Shown here piece by piece: positions 1 through 12,500 of a stretch of DNA of 64,000 bases. The stretch lies in the NCBI GenBank assembly GCA_038496445.1, contig JALMLS010000093.1:62001-126000 (forward strand). Reading direction: 5' to 3'. A program made the translations under genes and the position numbers. The stretch's first letter is position 1; the number at the start of each line of letters is the position of its first letter. The notes beneath the pieces were generated by a model. The model was not told where the DNA came from, searched no databases, and saw nothing but the letters and a program-made list of their open reading frames with translations. Source of the DNA: Trichosphaerium sp. ATCC 40318. Its lineage: Eukaryota > Protista > Tubulinea.

Positions 1-1156
1 AAACAGACAATATACATGCTTTTCTCTAAGACAGCAAACGTCAGTAAAAAACAAAAGCTATAAAGACAAGAAATTATGTTTGTAGTTGGTAGAAAGCCTT
101 TACTACTTACCTCAGATATGTCAGCATTGCGGCATGCTTTTCGCTGCGCGATTCACTAGTAAGACTATCTAGATAAACTGGAACAGGCACAGGCTCCTCC
201 TCTTCCTCTTCAACTTGCTCTAAAAGAAACCTGATTAGACGTCAAACGAAATTTCAAAAAATTACCTAATGCATGAAACTCAGCCAGTAATGCTGATGGA
301 TACTCGATTTCAGCGTCCTCGTCAAGATGTCTTATCGTTTTTATCATTTGAAGGATCTGGTACTTCACCCTTAATCATCAAAATTAGTAAACAATACGGA
401 AACAACTGTTAAAAAAGGAAGTGTTTTGAAGATACTTCTCGCGGTCGTCTTGTCAATGCTGACGCAATGTGGAGATCATTCACGTTTTATAGGGGTACTC
501 ACCTTTTATCTTTAAACTGAGCCTTCATTCGTGACTGAAAACTAGATAAAGCAACACGTGTTTGTATTTGTTTTGTTTTCACATCAATCTTATCAAGTAA
601 CTTCTTTTTTTCTTTTGAATAGACTTCTGAGACTGGTAACCCAAACCAGTACGTCCCATTTTAAGATCAACACCAATAGGATCTTGATGCTTAGGTCTAG
701 TTTTACCAATCTTCATACCAGGCCTAAAGACATCGCGTCAAGTGCCATTCAACGAAAATTTGAGTTTCCCGAAAAAGCAAAAAATAGGAAAAAGTTCAAT
801 GCGTTTTCACGTGATCAAAGACCCATTTTTTGATTTCTTACTTGTATCCCATCATTGCCAGTAACTTGAATCCTTTATTGTCGCTATCAAGTTTTTTTTC
901 AAGTGCTGTTTCACGTTGTTTTACTTCTTGTTTTGCAATTTCTTTCTTTGTAAGCCGTTTTTTGCTGTTTATTATTCTTTTTTTTTTAATTTCTTCGTTT
1001 TGCGCCCAACGTGGTCTCTTACGTTTACGTGTCTTGTCTTTTACCTCTGCTGCTTGTAAAAAAGCATCTAAACGTGTAAATACGTAATATTGGGTATATA
1101 TGCTGTTTTAAATAAGTACCAGACATATAATCGTCTTCTGGGGCGTCAGAAGCCAT
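1..1156 (-). CDS. GPATCH11: G-patch domain protein, GPATCH11/CCDC75-like (3' end runs off the window)
   Basis: Spliced translation MASDAPEDDYMSDAFL...KKLDSDNKGFKLLAMMGYK..PGMKIGK..PIGVDLKMGRTGLG (G-patch); exon at the window edge reads EKHVYCLF (DUF4187-like). Confidence 0.8.
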
Positions 1157-1476
1157 TTGGGAAAGAACGGAAGGATTTCCTGTTGTATCTCGCTCAAAAG
1201 CACCTAGCTACTTATGAGTGTGCCTAATTTTACAATGGTACATGCAACAGGACGCTTTCATACAATCTACCCGCGTAAATGGCTTAACAGTGCAGACTTA
1301 AAAAAACACTGAGCACTTTTTTTCGTTTCGGTTTTTCGAACTTGCCACCTCCTGTAGTAATTAATCAATTACAGCTTTCAATACGAGCTAGTTTTAGACT
1401 TCAGTTTATTTAACCAGTTCTAACTACAACATTGATGCATGGTCACGTGACGCGGGACAGAGGCTTGGTTTTTCAG

Positions 1477-3548
1477 TTATTTATCCCTAGAGAGTACCAT
1501 TTTATACAATTTATCAAAGTTTTCCAGCTCCTTTGTGAGTGCCTCTTCATCTTCAGAAAGCTCATCAATCTTTCCCTCGTTAGTACCATTGAAAAACAAT
1601 AAAACAGTACAAAATTTACTGTACATAAAAGTGATAAAGAGAGCGTACCTCGGCTTCAATATACTTTTTGAAATCATTAAACTTTTTTGTCCAACCGGTT
1701 TTATCTAATTATTTTGTTAGCCAGGGAGACGTTAGAAACAAACAAAGTACTATTACCTCCTGCGCTTAAGTAGCTCTTAATAAACCGAACATATCGTGTG
1801 AGAAGTATCGCTTTACGCACACATGCGTTTTCGAAATAATCAGTGTCCTTGAAGAGCAAATAAGTACAAAAACTAAGGAGTCTATTTATGCTAACCGTTG
1901 CTTTTGGAAATTCAATCTGTGTTGAGAATTGATGTTTCTCGTCTTCTCTAGTGACATACGAAGTACTAAAACATAAGTAAGGCGACACAAAATGCGAGCA
2001 GAAGTCTGGTAGAACAAAAGCAAGTACGTACTCAACTGAAAAACTGAACCCATCTTCAGACTTTGTAGAAACCTTAACAAGTATGACACCACCTTTGGTT
2101 CTACCATTATCAAGCAAACTAGGGCTCGAACTAGACATTGTACATAGCACTCCGTCTTTTGGAATCTCATTACCTAAATAAAGAATAAAGACACGTGATT
2201 TCGATGTTGAAAGAAAAAAAAAAACTGAAGGAGAGCAACCTCGTACCTGGTGAACCATATACATATTCTGGAATGACATCAGAGCTGGTTGTTTTTATTT
2301 GAGCGTCAAAAACATCCATTGTAGTGATATAATCAAACTCCTCATTCATCAACTTTGAGAACTCCTTTGGTGTATTAACAGAGAAGTAATTACACCCTTT
2401 TACTGATGAAATGCATTCAACAGCATCGGTATCAAAGTTCGTTCCCATGCCGACAAAAGATGAGTATATCCCTTCTGCTGCAGCCTTTTGGAATTGACCT
2501 CTTAATCCTCTATCAAACTCACGCTACAAAAGACATTAACACCATATTTCAAACGAAAACAACAGCCGCAACACAAAGGTAGAACTGGTGAATTGTTACG
2601 TACTTTTCCAATCAACATATCCGTGAAGAAGAACATTCTTCGGTCTCTACCTTTCTCTTGCTTTGCTCCTCGAAGCATAGCGCATCCTGCTTCAAAACCT
2701 ATGAATGTGGTAAGGCAAACAACCTTCTTTTACCATTTGTGGCTTAGTACCTTTAGTGAGTGTTGTGCCTCCTCCTTGTTTAACGTTCATTATCTTCGTA
2801 GAAAGCTCTTGACGGTCTAAGTCTTTCCAGCTTTTTAGTTCTTGTAGAGTTGATGTATCATTATTGAACAAGATCATCCCAAAAGAATCTTTGTCGCTTA
2901 GGTTGTCCAACAATGCTACAACACTTTCATTTGCCACTTGCATCTAAACAAAAAAAAAGAACAATTAAACTTTGATCACGTGGCTGAATAGGCAATTCAC
3001 GTGTTAACATAAATAGCAAAGGGATTTCTCCTCCAGTTCATAAAAGATTGGTTGGTGGCAAGCTTCAACTAAACGGAATTTGACGCCGAGCTCTGCACGT
3101 GTTCTTTTTAAAAAAAGAAAAGTCCATCTCGTACTATTGACTTGCTCCCTCCTTTTCCAAATTTAGAGCCCATAGATCCACTAATGTCCATAACGATTAC
3201 TAAGTCAAGAGGCCATCTACCATTATTTTCATAGAGTCCAGGACCATCCAAGTTTCCAGTCATACCAACACAAACAAAGTTTTCAGTTTTTCCTATTAGC
3301 CGAAATTATGTCAAAATCCGTTATGGTTGTTGTATGTTGTTTTTAGACGCACCGTCTATTGGATCCTTTGTAATAGCGCTGAAAAAGCGAGGAGAGAACG
3401 GTTTTACTTTCTCTTGTTCGCCAACGTTGAAATAATGGTTATGGTAGATACCCTCGTACGCTATACTGCTCGCACTAGGTAATTTATTGGCTGAAAGCTT
3501 TGCGCTAAAGCTCACAACCCCTTTCGCTCCTGACGCCATTTTCCTCAT
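1477..3548 (-). CDS. VWA (MIDAS) domain protein, multi-exon
   Basis: LDLVIVMDISGSM (DxSxS), GGGTTL, RRMFFFTD, SSFVGMGTNFDTDAVECISSVKGCNYFSV; N-terminal YEGIYHNHYFNVG block. Confidence 0.85.
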
Positions 3549-4462
3549 TTTTAGTATATTAGTTTTAATATGCTTTCGTTTACTGTGTTTTGGGAAGTGT
3601 TTTGTTTTGGTTACCTTGACATTGTTTTCAGTTAATTGCGAGAGTCTTTGTTTGTAATTCTTGTATTTCGGTCTATAATTTTTTTTACAGAATCACGTTT
3701 CGCTATAGTACCCAATGGTGTTGGCTTGACAAGCAATTTATTAGCTTTAAGTCATGTAAGGCACGTGAACAAACTAATAAGCTAGATGATCCATGTGTGC
3801 CTACGAAGCAAATACTCAGTACGTGTCTTGTTGCTGCTAATGGTATTCCAGAAAACTAAGAGGAATACCAAATCTTTTGCAAAGTGTCAGTACATTACAG
3901 GCTCTTTTATCGTGGCACACCACTTTTTGTACTAATAGCGACTAACTGTTTTACCATTCGGATATATTCGTACTTTCCATTAAGTTTCCCGTTGATGTAC
4001 TAATTTACCATCATTGAAACATTGCTTGTACTCTCCATCAAGAATACCGTTTATGTAGTAACAGTGGAGTTTCCTAAGTATTCCTCACAAAACCTTATTA
4101 CTCAATATATTTTCCTACTATTTTCCATTTCTGTATGTTAGTTGGAAGGGTCGCAACCAACATTTCGAATTCAACATGAAGACAAATTGGGAGACTATAT
4201 TTGAAAGCGCTTTTTACCGCAACATCTAACCTTTATCTCTAACACTTATCGGTTTCAATGTAAAATACTGAATTTTCACCACAGCTTATCGCAACTTAAA
4301 TAGTGTTGTCCAGACGTTTACAGAGTTTAGTTTATATACAAGGAACCAACTCTGAATTATTAGAAACCGGGATTCAAGAATGAACCTCATAGAACAATGT
4401 CTTATTAATGTTATAACGATACAAGCTAATAAACACGTGTTTATTAAAGGGGAGGAGGAGGT

Positions 4463-5552
4463 CTATTGGTCATCTCCACAGATAGCACAAACGCAGCCCT
4501 CAATAGTTGGGACACAGCCGCGAACTGGCAATGGGAATCCGAGATTTGCCAACATCCACGTGCACTCTCTAGTAGGCAAGCATGACGTTTCTGTTTCTGG
4601 GTGGCAAGTGTGATGTGTAATAGGATCATCCGCTACTTCACAGAGACAAGTTACTTTGATCGTTCCTACAAAACCCCTTGTTAACAAAACCAATGTTTTA
4701 GTTCGAAAAACAGTACCATCTGAAGCCCACTGTTCGTAGCGCTTGCAGTATGTTAGTCTGTCTACCAATAAACCGCGTTGGTGACAGTTGATATCAACGC
4801 ATCTATCTGTGCTAGGGTCGTAACGACAGCAAGGCTATTTAACTGAGTTAAAAAGTGAGCAATAGACCTAAGGCTTACTTCATCAATAGGAGTTGGTGGG
4901 CGAGTTGGTACTGGAGGTTTGGTTGGTGGTTTTGTAGAAACAGGTGCGATTGTAGTAGTTGGCGCATTTGTACCCTCACAACAGCAGCAAGCACAAGTAG
5001 CTTCGGTGCGATGGTATTCATTGTTTGGGCAGCACTTTAAAGCGAACAAATCTGTTTCTACCTTGCACTCGCCAACTTCTACAAGTGGGTATCCCATGGC
5101 AATACATTGTCTGTAAGCAGGTGTTTCGTTAGTAACTGGAATTCTTTAATGTACAGAAAGAGTGCGTACGCTCTACAGTCTTGTTCTGCTTGATCTAGGG
5201 CGTCTTCGACTGTAATAGTTTTATTACAATCTACAGAGATGGCTACTTGCGAAAGTACTGGAACACAAGGTTCAGGAACAGGGTTAGGTGCCTTTGTTGG
5301 TGCTATCGTTACGTCTCTGCACTCGCATCCACAAGTTGTTCCTGCAGGTCCAGGGACACAAACTGGGAAAGAGAACGGAGGACAGTTGGTTGAAGTTACG
5401 ACACATTGACCGGTAGCAGGATCAGGATCGCAACTGCAGATCTGTGGAGGATTTTAGGTCGTTTTTACAAAAGTGCAAGTGCGTACAGGCTGTGAATACG
5501 AAACGGCAATAAGGACTATGAAGATACAGAAGTACAAAGCAGTAGTTGTCAT
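4463..5552 (-). CDS. Secreted cysteine-rich protein with Pro/Thr linkers
   Basis: Signal peptide MTTTALYFCIFIVLIAVSYSQ; Cys-rich modules separated by TIAPTKAPNP and TTTIAPVSTKPPTKPPVPTRPPTP. Confidence 0.75.
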
Positions 5553-6491
5553 TGTTGTTATTGTTCTAGAGACTGAATAAAAAAAGTATACCACTGTTGT
5601 TGACTGTTGAGAATGTGAATTCTAGGAGATTATAGGTACGTTAAATATGGCCTAAATAAAGATACGATTGAAGACTCACGAGATTTTTTTGACATGACGT
5701 GTAAGAAAATAGTTCTGTGATTATTATATATCAAGAAACGTGAACCGCAAGTTGAATAAGGTTTCACAACAAAGTTGTCTTTTCAATGATTTCACGTGAA
5801 CTTTTTACCAAGACATTTCGACGCAAGCCAGGTATACAAACGTTATGGATTGGTGCTAAAGAAAGATACTGAGCGAAAGGATGTTCTCGGAGAAAGACTT
5901 TGCTAAAAAAAACCAACAGACAACTGTCGCCAACAGTGGGTATATCGGAACTCCACAGTCCGTTCACGAGAGTTATCTGAAACTGTGGTTTGCCGCAGTG
6001 TTTCTTCTTTTCAACCATCGTAATACCTGTACTTAAACAGCGCGTAATTCGCCTCCAGTGTGTTGTCGGTTAGCAGGCATCACACCATACACTGAACAGA
6101 TGTGAGACATTTTTGTAAAAACTTTATGCATCATGCATTTTGGATGCACTTGCGGAATCAGCCTTTTACAGAAGCCAAGTTGCGGTGTATGTATAATCTA
6201 CTGTCGTTCGTTTGCAGTACATCATAAAATGACAGTACATTCATACTCGTGAATTGTTGAGAAGGAGGCTTCTTTCCCGGAAAGTCATCTTTCGCCAGCC
6301 AATAAAAAATACACCTTCGCCCGCAATGATCGCAACTCACTCAAGGCAGCTGGTCATGATTGACTACGTATTGGTTTCTCGTAGTATACACATTACATAG
6401 CGAAGTATGATACTATTGAATATTCACGGCAACCAACACTTCACGATGATCATCGTAACACGACTTGAAAAAAATTGTCATTTTACTATTT

Positions 6492-7636
6492 TTACACTTT
6501 TGTTTGAACTTGTTTTAAGATATCAATTAATTGCTCATTGTCCTCTGTCTTTGGGATTGTATCAACGCAAGCATCAACTCTGCTTTTAACTCCAGACTGA
6601 GTAACAACATCAGCACTTGCAGGATAAAACACCAATGTCTTCAACAAATCAGCGACCTATTAAAAAAAAAGCATCAGCAACAATCACGTGTTTTTTTTGT
6701 TTGACAAAAAACGAAGCTTGAACGTACTTTTTCTTGGACATCCAAGTCATCTTCTTTTTGTATAATACCATCAAAAGTCATAAAGAAATTACTTTTTAAC
6801 ATAGCATTTTTGATACTATCGCTTTGAATACAAAGACGATTCAAAAGATGTAAAATTTTTCTAAGCTCTGTTGTTGATGCTATTTGAAGCAATCCAGTAA
6901 GGCTAGAAACACCATTTAGCGCCTCAAAGGCACTTAAAGCTTCTGGATAATTCTTTATGATACCTAATGAACATATTAGAGGCCATACAAGAACGAGAAA
7001 ACTCAGAAATGGAAACTTACCAGAAATTGCATAAATGATCTTCGCTCGGACTTTGCTTGAAGTTCCTTCATCCAACATTTTGACAAGCGAATCTAATGCA
7101 TTTGATTCAAACATCTAAGGATGTTTGAGTGAGTTGAGAATGTCTAGCAAGGACTTACGCTTTTTTGTACTTCTGGATTGTTCTGAGATGCTGATGCTAT
7201 AATCCATGCTGCCCAGTACACAAAATCGTTGTCAGGCGACTTTAAAGCTTCAAGTATTGCTGGGAAGCCACCAATTTTAACAAAACCTTGTGGTTTGTGT
7301 AAGTCGACTAAAAACGTTAATTAACGCGTTTTACGCACTCTTTGCGTTATCTATGTCCTCCACGAAGTACTGAAGTGCTTCTAAGCATGATATTTTGGAA
7401 TCCTTTGTTGTAGTCTTTGGATACGCTTTTAATATCTCTCTCATGCGATCTACGTCGCTTACGCATACTTTTTTGTATAATTCTTCAAAAGCCTAACAAA
7501 AACGCGTAAATACGCAATAAATTGGGTTAACATGCTCCTGACGTACTGCTATTTTACTTTCGTCAGTAACGTCAACATTATTTGCTGCCTGTGGGTTAGC
7601 GCCATTTTGTATGGCCCAATTCAATAGTGGATTCAT
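6492..7636 (-). CDS. HSPBP1: Hsp70 nucleotide exchange factor HspBP1/Fes1 (ARM repeats)
   Basis: MNPLLNWAIQN, LEALQYFVEDIDNAK, AAWIIASASQNNPEVQK, KVRAKIIYAISGIIKNY. Confidence 0.88.
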
Positions 7637-7921
7637 CGTTAGGTTGTTTAAGAATGTTTACAAGGCATAAAGCGAAAATAAACGAAATTTCTACAATCAT
7701 TCACCCAAGTACCAAACTAAATTTCACTAAAAATCCGCGTGAAACTAGCAATAATTCGCACTTTTTGTGACAAAAAAGACATGTATTTTACAAGGAAATA
7801 GGGTTTGACTGCCTTTAGTGAGGTACTTCTGTTTCAATCAGTTCCTCACAGGAACTTGGACCTATCGCAGGAACTCAGTCTTAGGAACTTATCCAATTGT
7901 ATTTTATACAAACCAGTTCTA

Positions 7922-8203
7922 ATGGCACATATCTGCAAGCAAATCAGGGAATCGCTCATCAGACCCCACTACGCTACACATGGACCTTGGGTATATGATA
8001 AGTTTGTAGTGATTAGAGTAGACAGAAGGATAAAAGACACGTGGGGATACCTGACTACAATTAAATACGAAGTGTATGGCGAAGATGGTACCCAACAAAT
8101 CATTGAGCACAAGTCCAAAAGTGCCCCTGCCTCGATGAAAATAACTGCTGCAAGAACAAATGCGTTTTGTACTGCACGTTTTGGTGTTAATCCAGGGTTA
8201 TAG
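7922..8203 (+). CDS. Small hypothetical protein (~93 aa, single exon)
   Basis: ATG-initiated open frame MAHICKQIRES...ARFGVNPGL between HspBP1 and FATP; no recognisable motif. Confidence 0.35.
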   Translation: MAHICKQIRESLIRPHYATHGPWVYDKFVVIRVDRRIKDTWGYLTTIKYEVYGEDGTQQIIEHKSKSAPASMKITAARTNAFCTARFGVNPGL

Positions 8204-8366
8204 AACGTTGTATCAACCTTAAGCCTCACATATTTACGGCATTCAATATAAATAAACTTTTTTTTTGAAACAACAGAATTGTTAAAAGGCTTTGGAAGAA
8301 AATAACAACAACCAAAGTTGAAGTGATTGAAACTACTTTATTTCATTGTAGTTAATAGTGTTTTCT

Positions 8367-11300
8367 TTACACACGGATTTTACCAGCGATAATATCATCA
8401 TGCATATCTTTAGTGAGACGAACAAAACTTTTTGATTTATCATCACGAAAGTATAAATCATCAGTTACTCCACTTGGATCGAATCCTTCTTTCTGGAGTG
8501 TCACTTTTCTGTACTTGTATGTACTTGTCTTTTCTAAAGAGGATAATACGCGAAGGAACAATGGACAAGCATAAAGAGGAAGCTCTGCAGTACAGCTAGA
8601 AAACAGGTATAAGCAACGCTAAAAGCCTAAAAAAAACATGTCGAACGTACTATTTATAGAAGCCTTCCAAAGCGCTTTCTACGTCATCCTCAACAATAAT
8701 TGCAGCCATGCCTGCTCTTCCTTCAAGTGATCCAACAGTTACACCGTAAACAGCTGCCTCAGCGATTCCCTAGGTACACATAAGCGATTTGAAAAGAGAA
8801 CCTGTAACCAACGTTATGAAGTGCCAAAATTTCTCCTACTTCGTTGGTCGCGACATTTTCACCTTTTTTCTGAGTTAAGCAATCTTGATTTATTCAATAA
8901 ACTAGTACCCTTCCAACGGAATGTATCTCCTATACGGTCTACAAAGAACACATTACCATTCTCATCATACTTGAGAAGATCTCCTGTTCTGAAGAAAGTA
9001 TCGTTTTTCTTTTCAACATTATGTACAATCTAAAAATCATCTTAATTGAGGACGGACAACATAGATCTGTACTGATAAATATGAAGTACCTTTTTGCTAG
9101 ATGCCTCTTTGGATGTATATTCACCAAACTCTTTCAAAGGGTCTAGTAGGATCGTATTAGTATTCGCTCAAAAATTTTTTTTTTTGGTGTAGAAAAAACG
9201 TGGTTTTACGTACTTCCTTTTTCGAGCTGTCCTAAAACTTCCCCAACCTCGTTAGGCCTATAGAGTTATTCTTAAGGTCTGTATCTACATAATAATCCAC
9301 GTACTTGCATTGTATACACAGACCATCTGGACCGCGTATGAGTTCTTGTTTTTCGACGTCGAATCGAACAAATCTACCAGCGCTAGATTGAACTGTTAGT
9401 AAAATAAATCAACAAGGCTATGAAAATCACGTGCTGGTAAAGTTTCTCTATAACCTTAGATCTATATCCAACGCTCTTATCAACATTAAACATGTTCACA
9501 TAACCGACAGGTGATTCTGTTGCGGCTATAAAACAAATAAAATAAGTAACATTTGAATAAAGAGATTTCTGTTGAAGTCGTTTATACCATAAAATTCACC
9601 AATCTTGCCAATATTAAATCGTGTTTTGAAATTCGCCCAGATATCAGGACGTAGTCCATTACCAACGGCTAAACGGACTTTATGTTTCTTGTCATTAGGC
9701 GACGGTTCAGTCGCAATGAGATATCGGCAAATCTCGCCTAAATACTTGCGTTAAACATCAAAAATATTGGTTGGCAATCAAACAAAAAACAATGGGATGT
9801 ATGGCTTACCGATATATTGTATAACTGTACAATTATATTTAGCACAATCTGAAAAGAAATTCCTAGCAGAGAATTTCTTTCTAAGTACCAAGTGACCACC
9901 AGTATACCTACATCACGTGATTAAAAAAATTAAGTTATTTTACAAAAAAACCAAGAAAATATCAAATACGTACCATGAGGTACCTAGACCAATCAAGCCA
10001 GCGGCAGAGTGATATAGAGGAAGAGTACAATATATAACCTAGATAAGAAAAGTTAGAAAATAGGAAATCTAGTAGTTGTCTTGCATCATCAGCTTTGATA
10101 TCAAGGAGATTACTGAAGCCACATCCGGCTACAAAGAAACGAATCGATTTAACTTTAGAAGCCTAAATTACATGTTAAGTGCATGTCTTTTTTTGCATAA
10201 GTTAATACATACCTTTGGCATACCAGTTGTACCACTAGTAAAGATGAAAAAAGCAGTGTCAATGGTAGTTCTTTCTAAATAATTGAGTTAAATTTCCGGT
10301 TTGTTTTAGTCAATGAACTCACTGTTTCTTAGCTCTTTAGAAGGCCTCTTAGAAGATTTTTTCTCAAGTATAGGATCTAAGCTTATCATTGAATCTTCTT
10401 CTCCTCCATAAACGAACCAGTCCCCAGAGAAATCAGACTCTAAGCACAATTAATGATAATCAAAAAAAATTCAAAGAAAGTAATATTTTCTTACGTAGTG
10501 GCTTTGCGTTTGATACTAGGTCTTTTGAGACAACGTATAATTTTGCTTTGGATATACTCAAACAATGTGACAACTGTTTTCCTATCGAATAAAGTCATTA
10601 AAACAAAGGAAGAGGGAGAGCTTTTTCGAAGTAAAAATGAATGTAATCTAACTTTAGTTCCGACTGTAAAAGCCCTGTGCAGGGTCACACTCGGTTCAAA
10701 GTTAAACATGTCAATTTACAAGCTGAGAAGATGACATTCTTGATATAAAATAAAAGTGTTGGTACCCTTGAGGTGAGTATTTATGAGCGCAATCTCGACT
10801 CCTATTTTTGAAAATCCAAGCAAGAAGAAAACAAAACTTGGTCCATTCTCCATTAACAATGCCACAGAGTCACCTGTACAAAAGATTTAAATTACAACGT
10901 CATTGTGAACGAAAAAAAAAGAGACAAACCAAATAATACCTTGCCGCAGACCAGCGTCGTGAGCCCAGTTCGCTATTTTATTGGCACGTTCTTCGATATC
11001 CCCGTAAGTGAAAATATCTTCTCCAGAATTATCTGGTCTTATCCACGTGATCACTGTTATAAAAAAGATGGTTCAGTAATGATATTTAATTGTTGGCTTT
11101 AGATTGCTTTATTTTTCCGCCTTGGACGCACGTACTTTTACGGTCAGTACCACCTGGCAGTTTAGATGTGTGTTCTTCCCAGACATCAGCAACTGCCCAC
11201 TTTTTTTTTTGTTTACTAGCGGTGTTTTAGCGTTCGTAAAGTAATGGTAGTATCAGATTTTACAAAAAAAGACGTATTGAAGTTTTTCGCGTCTTTTCGA

Positions 11301-11484
11301 TAAAAAATAATAAATGCCGAAGCCGTTAACACGCGTACTCTTTTATCCAAAAAATAGTTTTAAACGTAAGAATTAACAATTGAAGGTCTCTGTAAATAGA
11401 TGGCGAATTATTGCTCCACCAAGCTAATAACCCGGTTATTGCCGCAATTAAGACTGCAACTATGACAGCAATCACGTTAAACAT
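8367..11484 (-). CDS. Fatty acid transport protein / very-long-chain acyl-CoA synthetase (FATP/SLC27 family)
   Basis: N-terminal TM; [15 protein letters not shown]-binding loop; [64 protein letters not shown]. Confidence 0.93.
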
Positions 11485-11966
11485 GTCGGTGAAATCCTGT
11501 GAAGGTCAGTCAGCTTAAGACATGAACAAGATTGACTTACTTTTAGTTTTTGTCCGGAAGTTCTTTTCGTTTATTTTTTATCTCCTGGAATTGTTGTTTA
11601 CTTTCATTGATGTGTAGTTAGCGCAAGTGCCAGTAAATAATAGCGTAAGGAAGAGATCACGTGATCTCACTAAGAAGTAATAATTGTGTTCCGCGGAACA
11701 GCAAGGGAAACTTGCTGTCACCGAAAATGATGTTTTGTAATGCTAAGTATCACGTGATTATGAGTGATACCCTCCTATGTTACGCTTATTCTTGATGCTT
11801 AATTGCTGATATAAAATCTGACAAACATATTCCAAAATTGTATGTCGTAGTTCTTGGAGTTTCCTCCCGTTTTGGGTTTGTATCACGTGCGAAAAAAAGA
11901 CTCCTCTAAAGCTTTAAAATAGTACGAAAAGAGTTCAGCAAAAAAAAACCAGAAAAATCTTTCGCA

Positions 11967-12500
11967 TTAGACAGGTGGAACTACCATTGTTTTTTTAGGA
12001 CTAAAGCTATTTTTATTTAAATAAAGTGTTTTACGGGTTGGATAAGGATACAAATAATCAATAGGTGATGATAACGAAAACGTGTTCACTCACATGCACT
12101 TTGAATTCGCCATTTTTCCAATTTCCGAGTTTGTTTTTGCGAGAACTGTTTTAATAGTAGCCTTCGGTTTTCCTTCCTCCTGGGGAGCCTCCTCATCAAG
12201 TGGCGGTAAAATACTCTCCTTGGGAGGGTAAACACATACAACAGGTCCTTGTGTCATAGAAGGATCGTAGTATTGGCTCTTGTTCGTTGCTGGAAACGAG
12301 TACTTAAGCTGATATGGCCCTGTTTGTTCTTGGTTTTGAAGAAGTTCAATATCATAATCTTCGTTCTGTTGCAACCTCGCGTGTCTGAGTGAAAATTGAG
12401 AACCTAGATCAATAAGCTAAACCTTTTTACAGAAAAAAATAGTATATTAGATGAGTATTTAGGAGTATTAAGGCGTACAGAGTGTCGTGAAATTGCTCAT
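11967..12500 (-). CDS. Hypothetical protein (~125 aa, 3 exons)
   Basis: ATG at 12500; GTACGC and GTGAGT donors flank the 12090-12374 ORF; exons join in frame. Confidence 0.5.
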
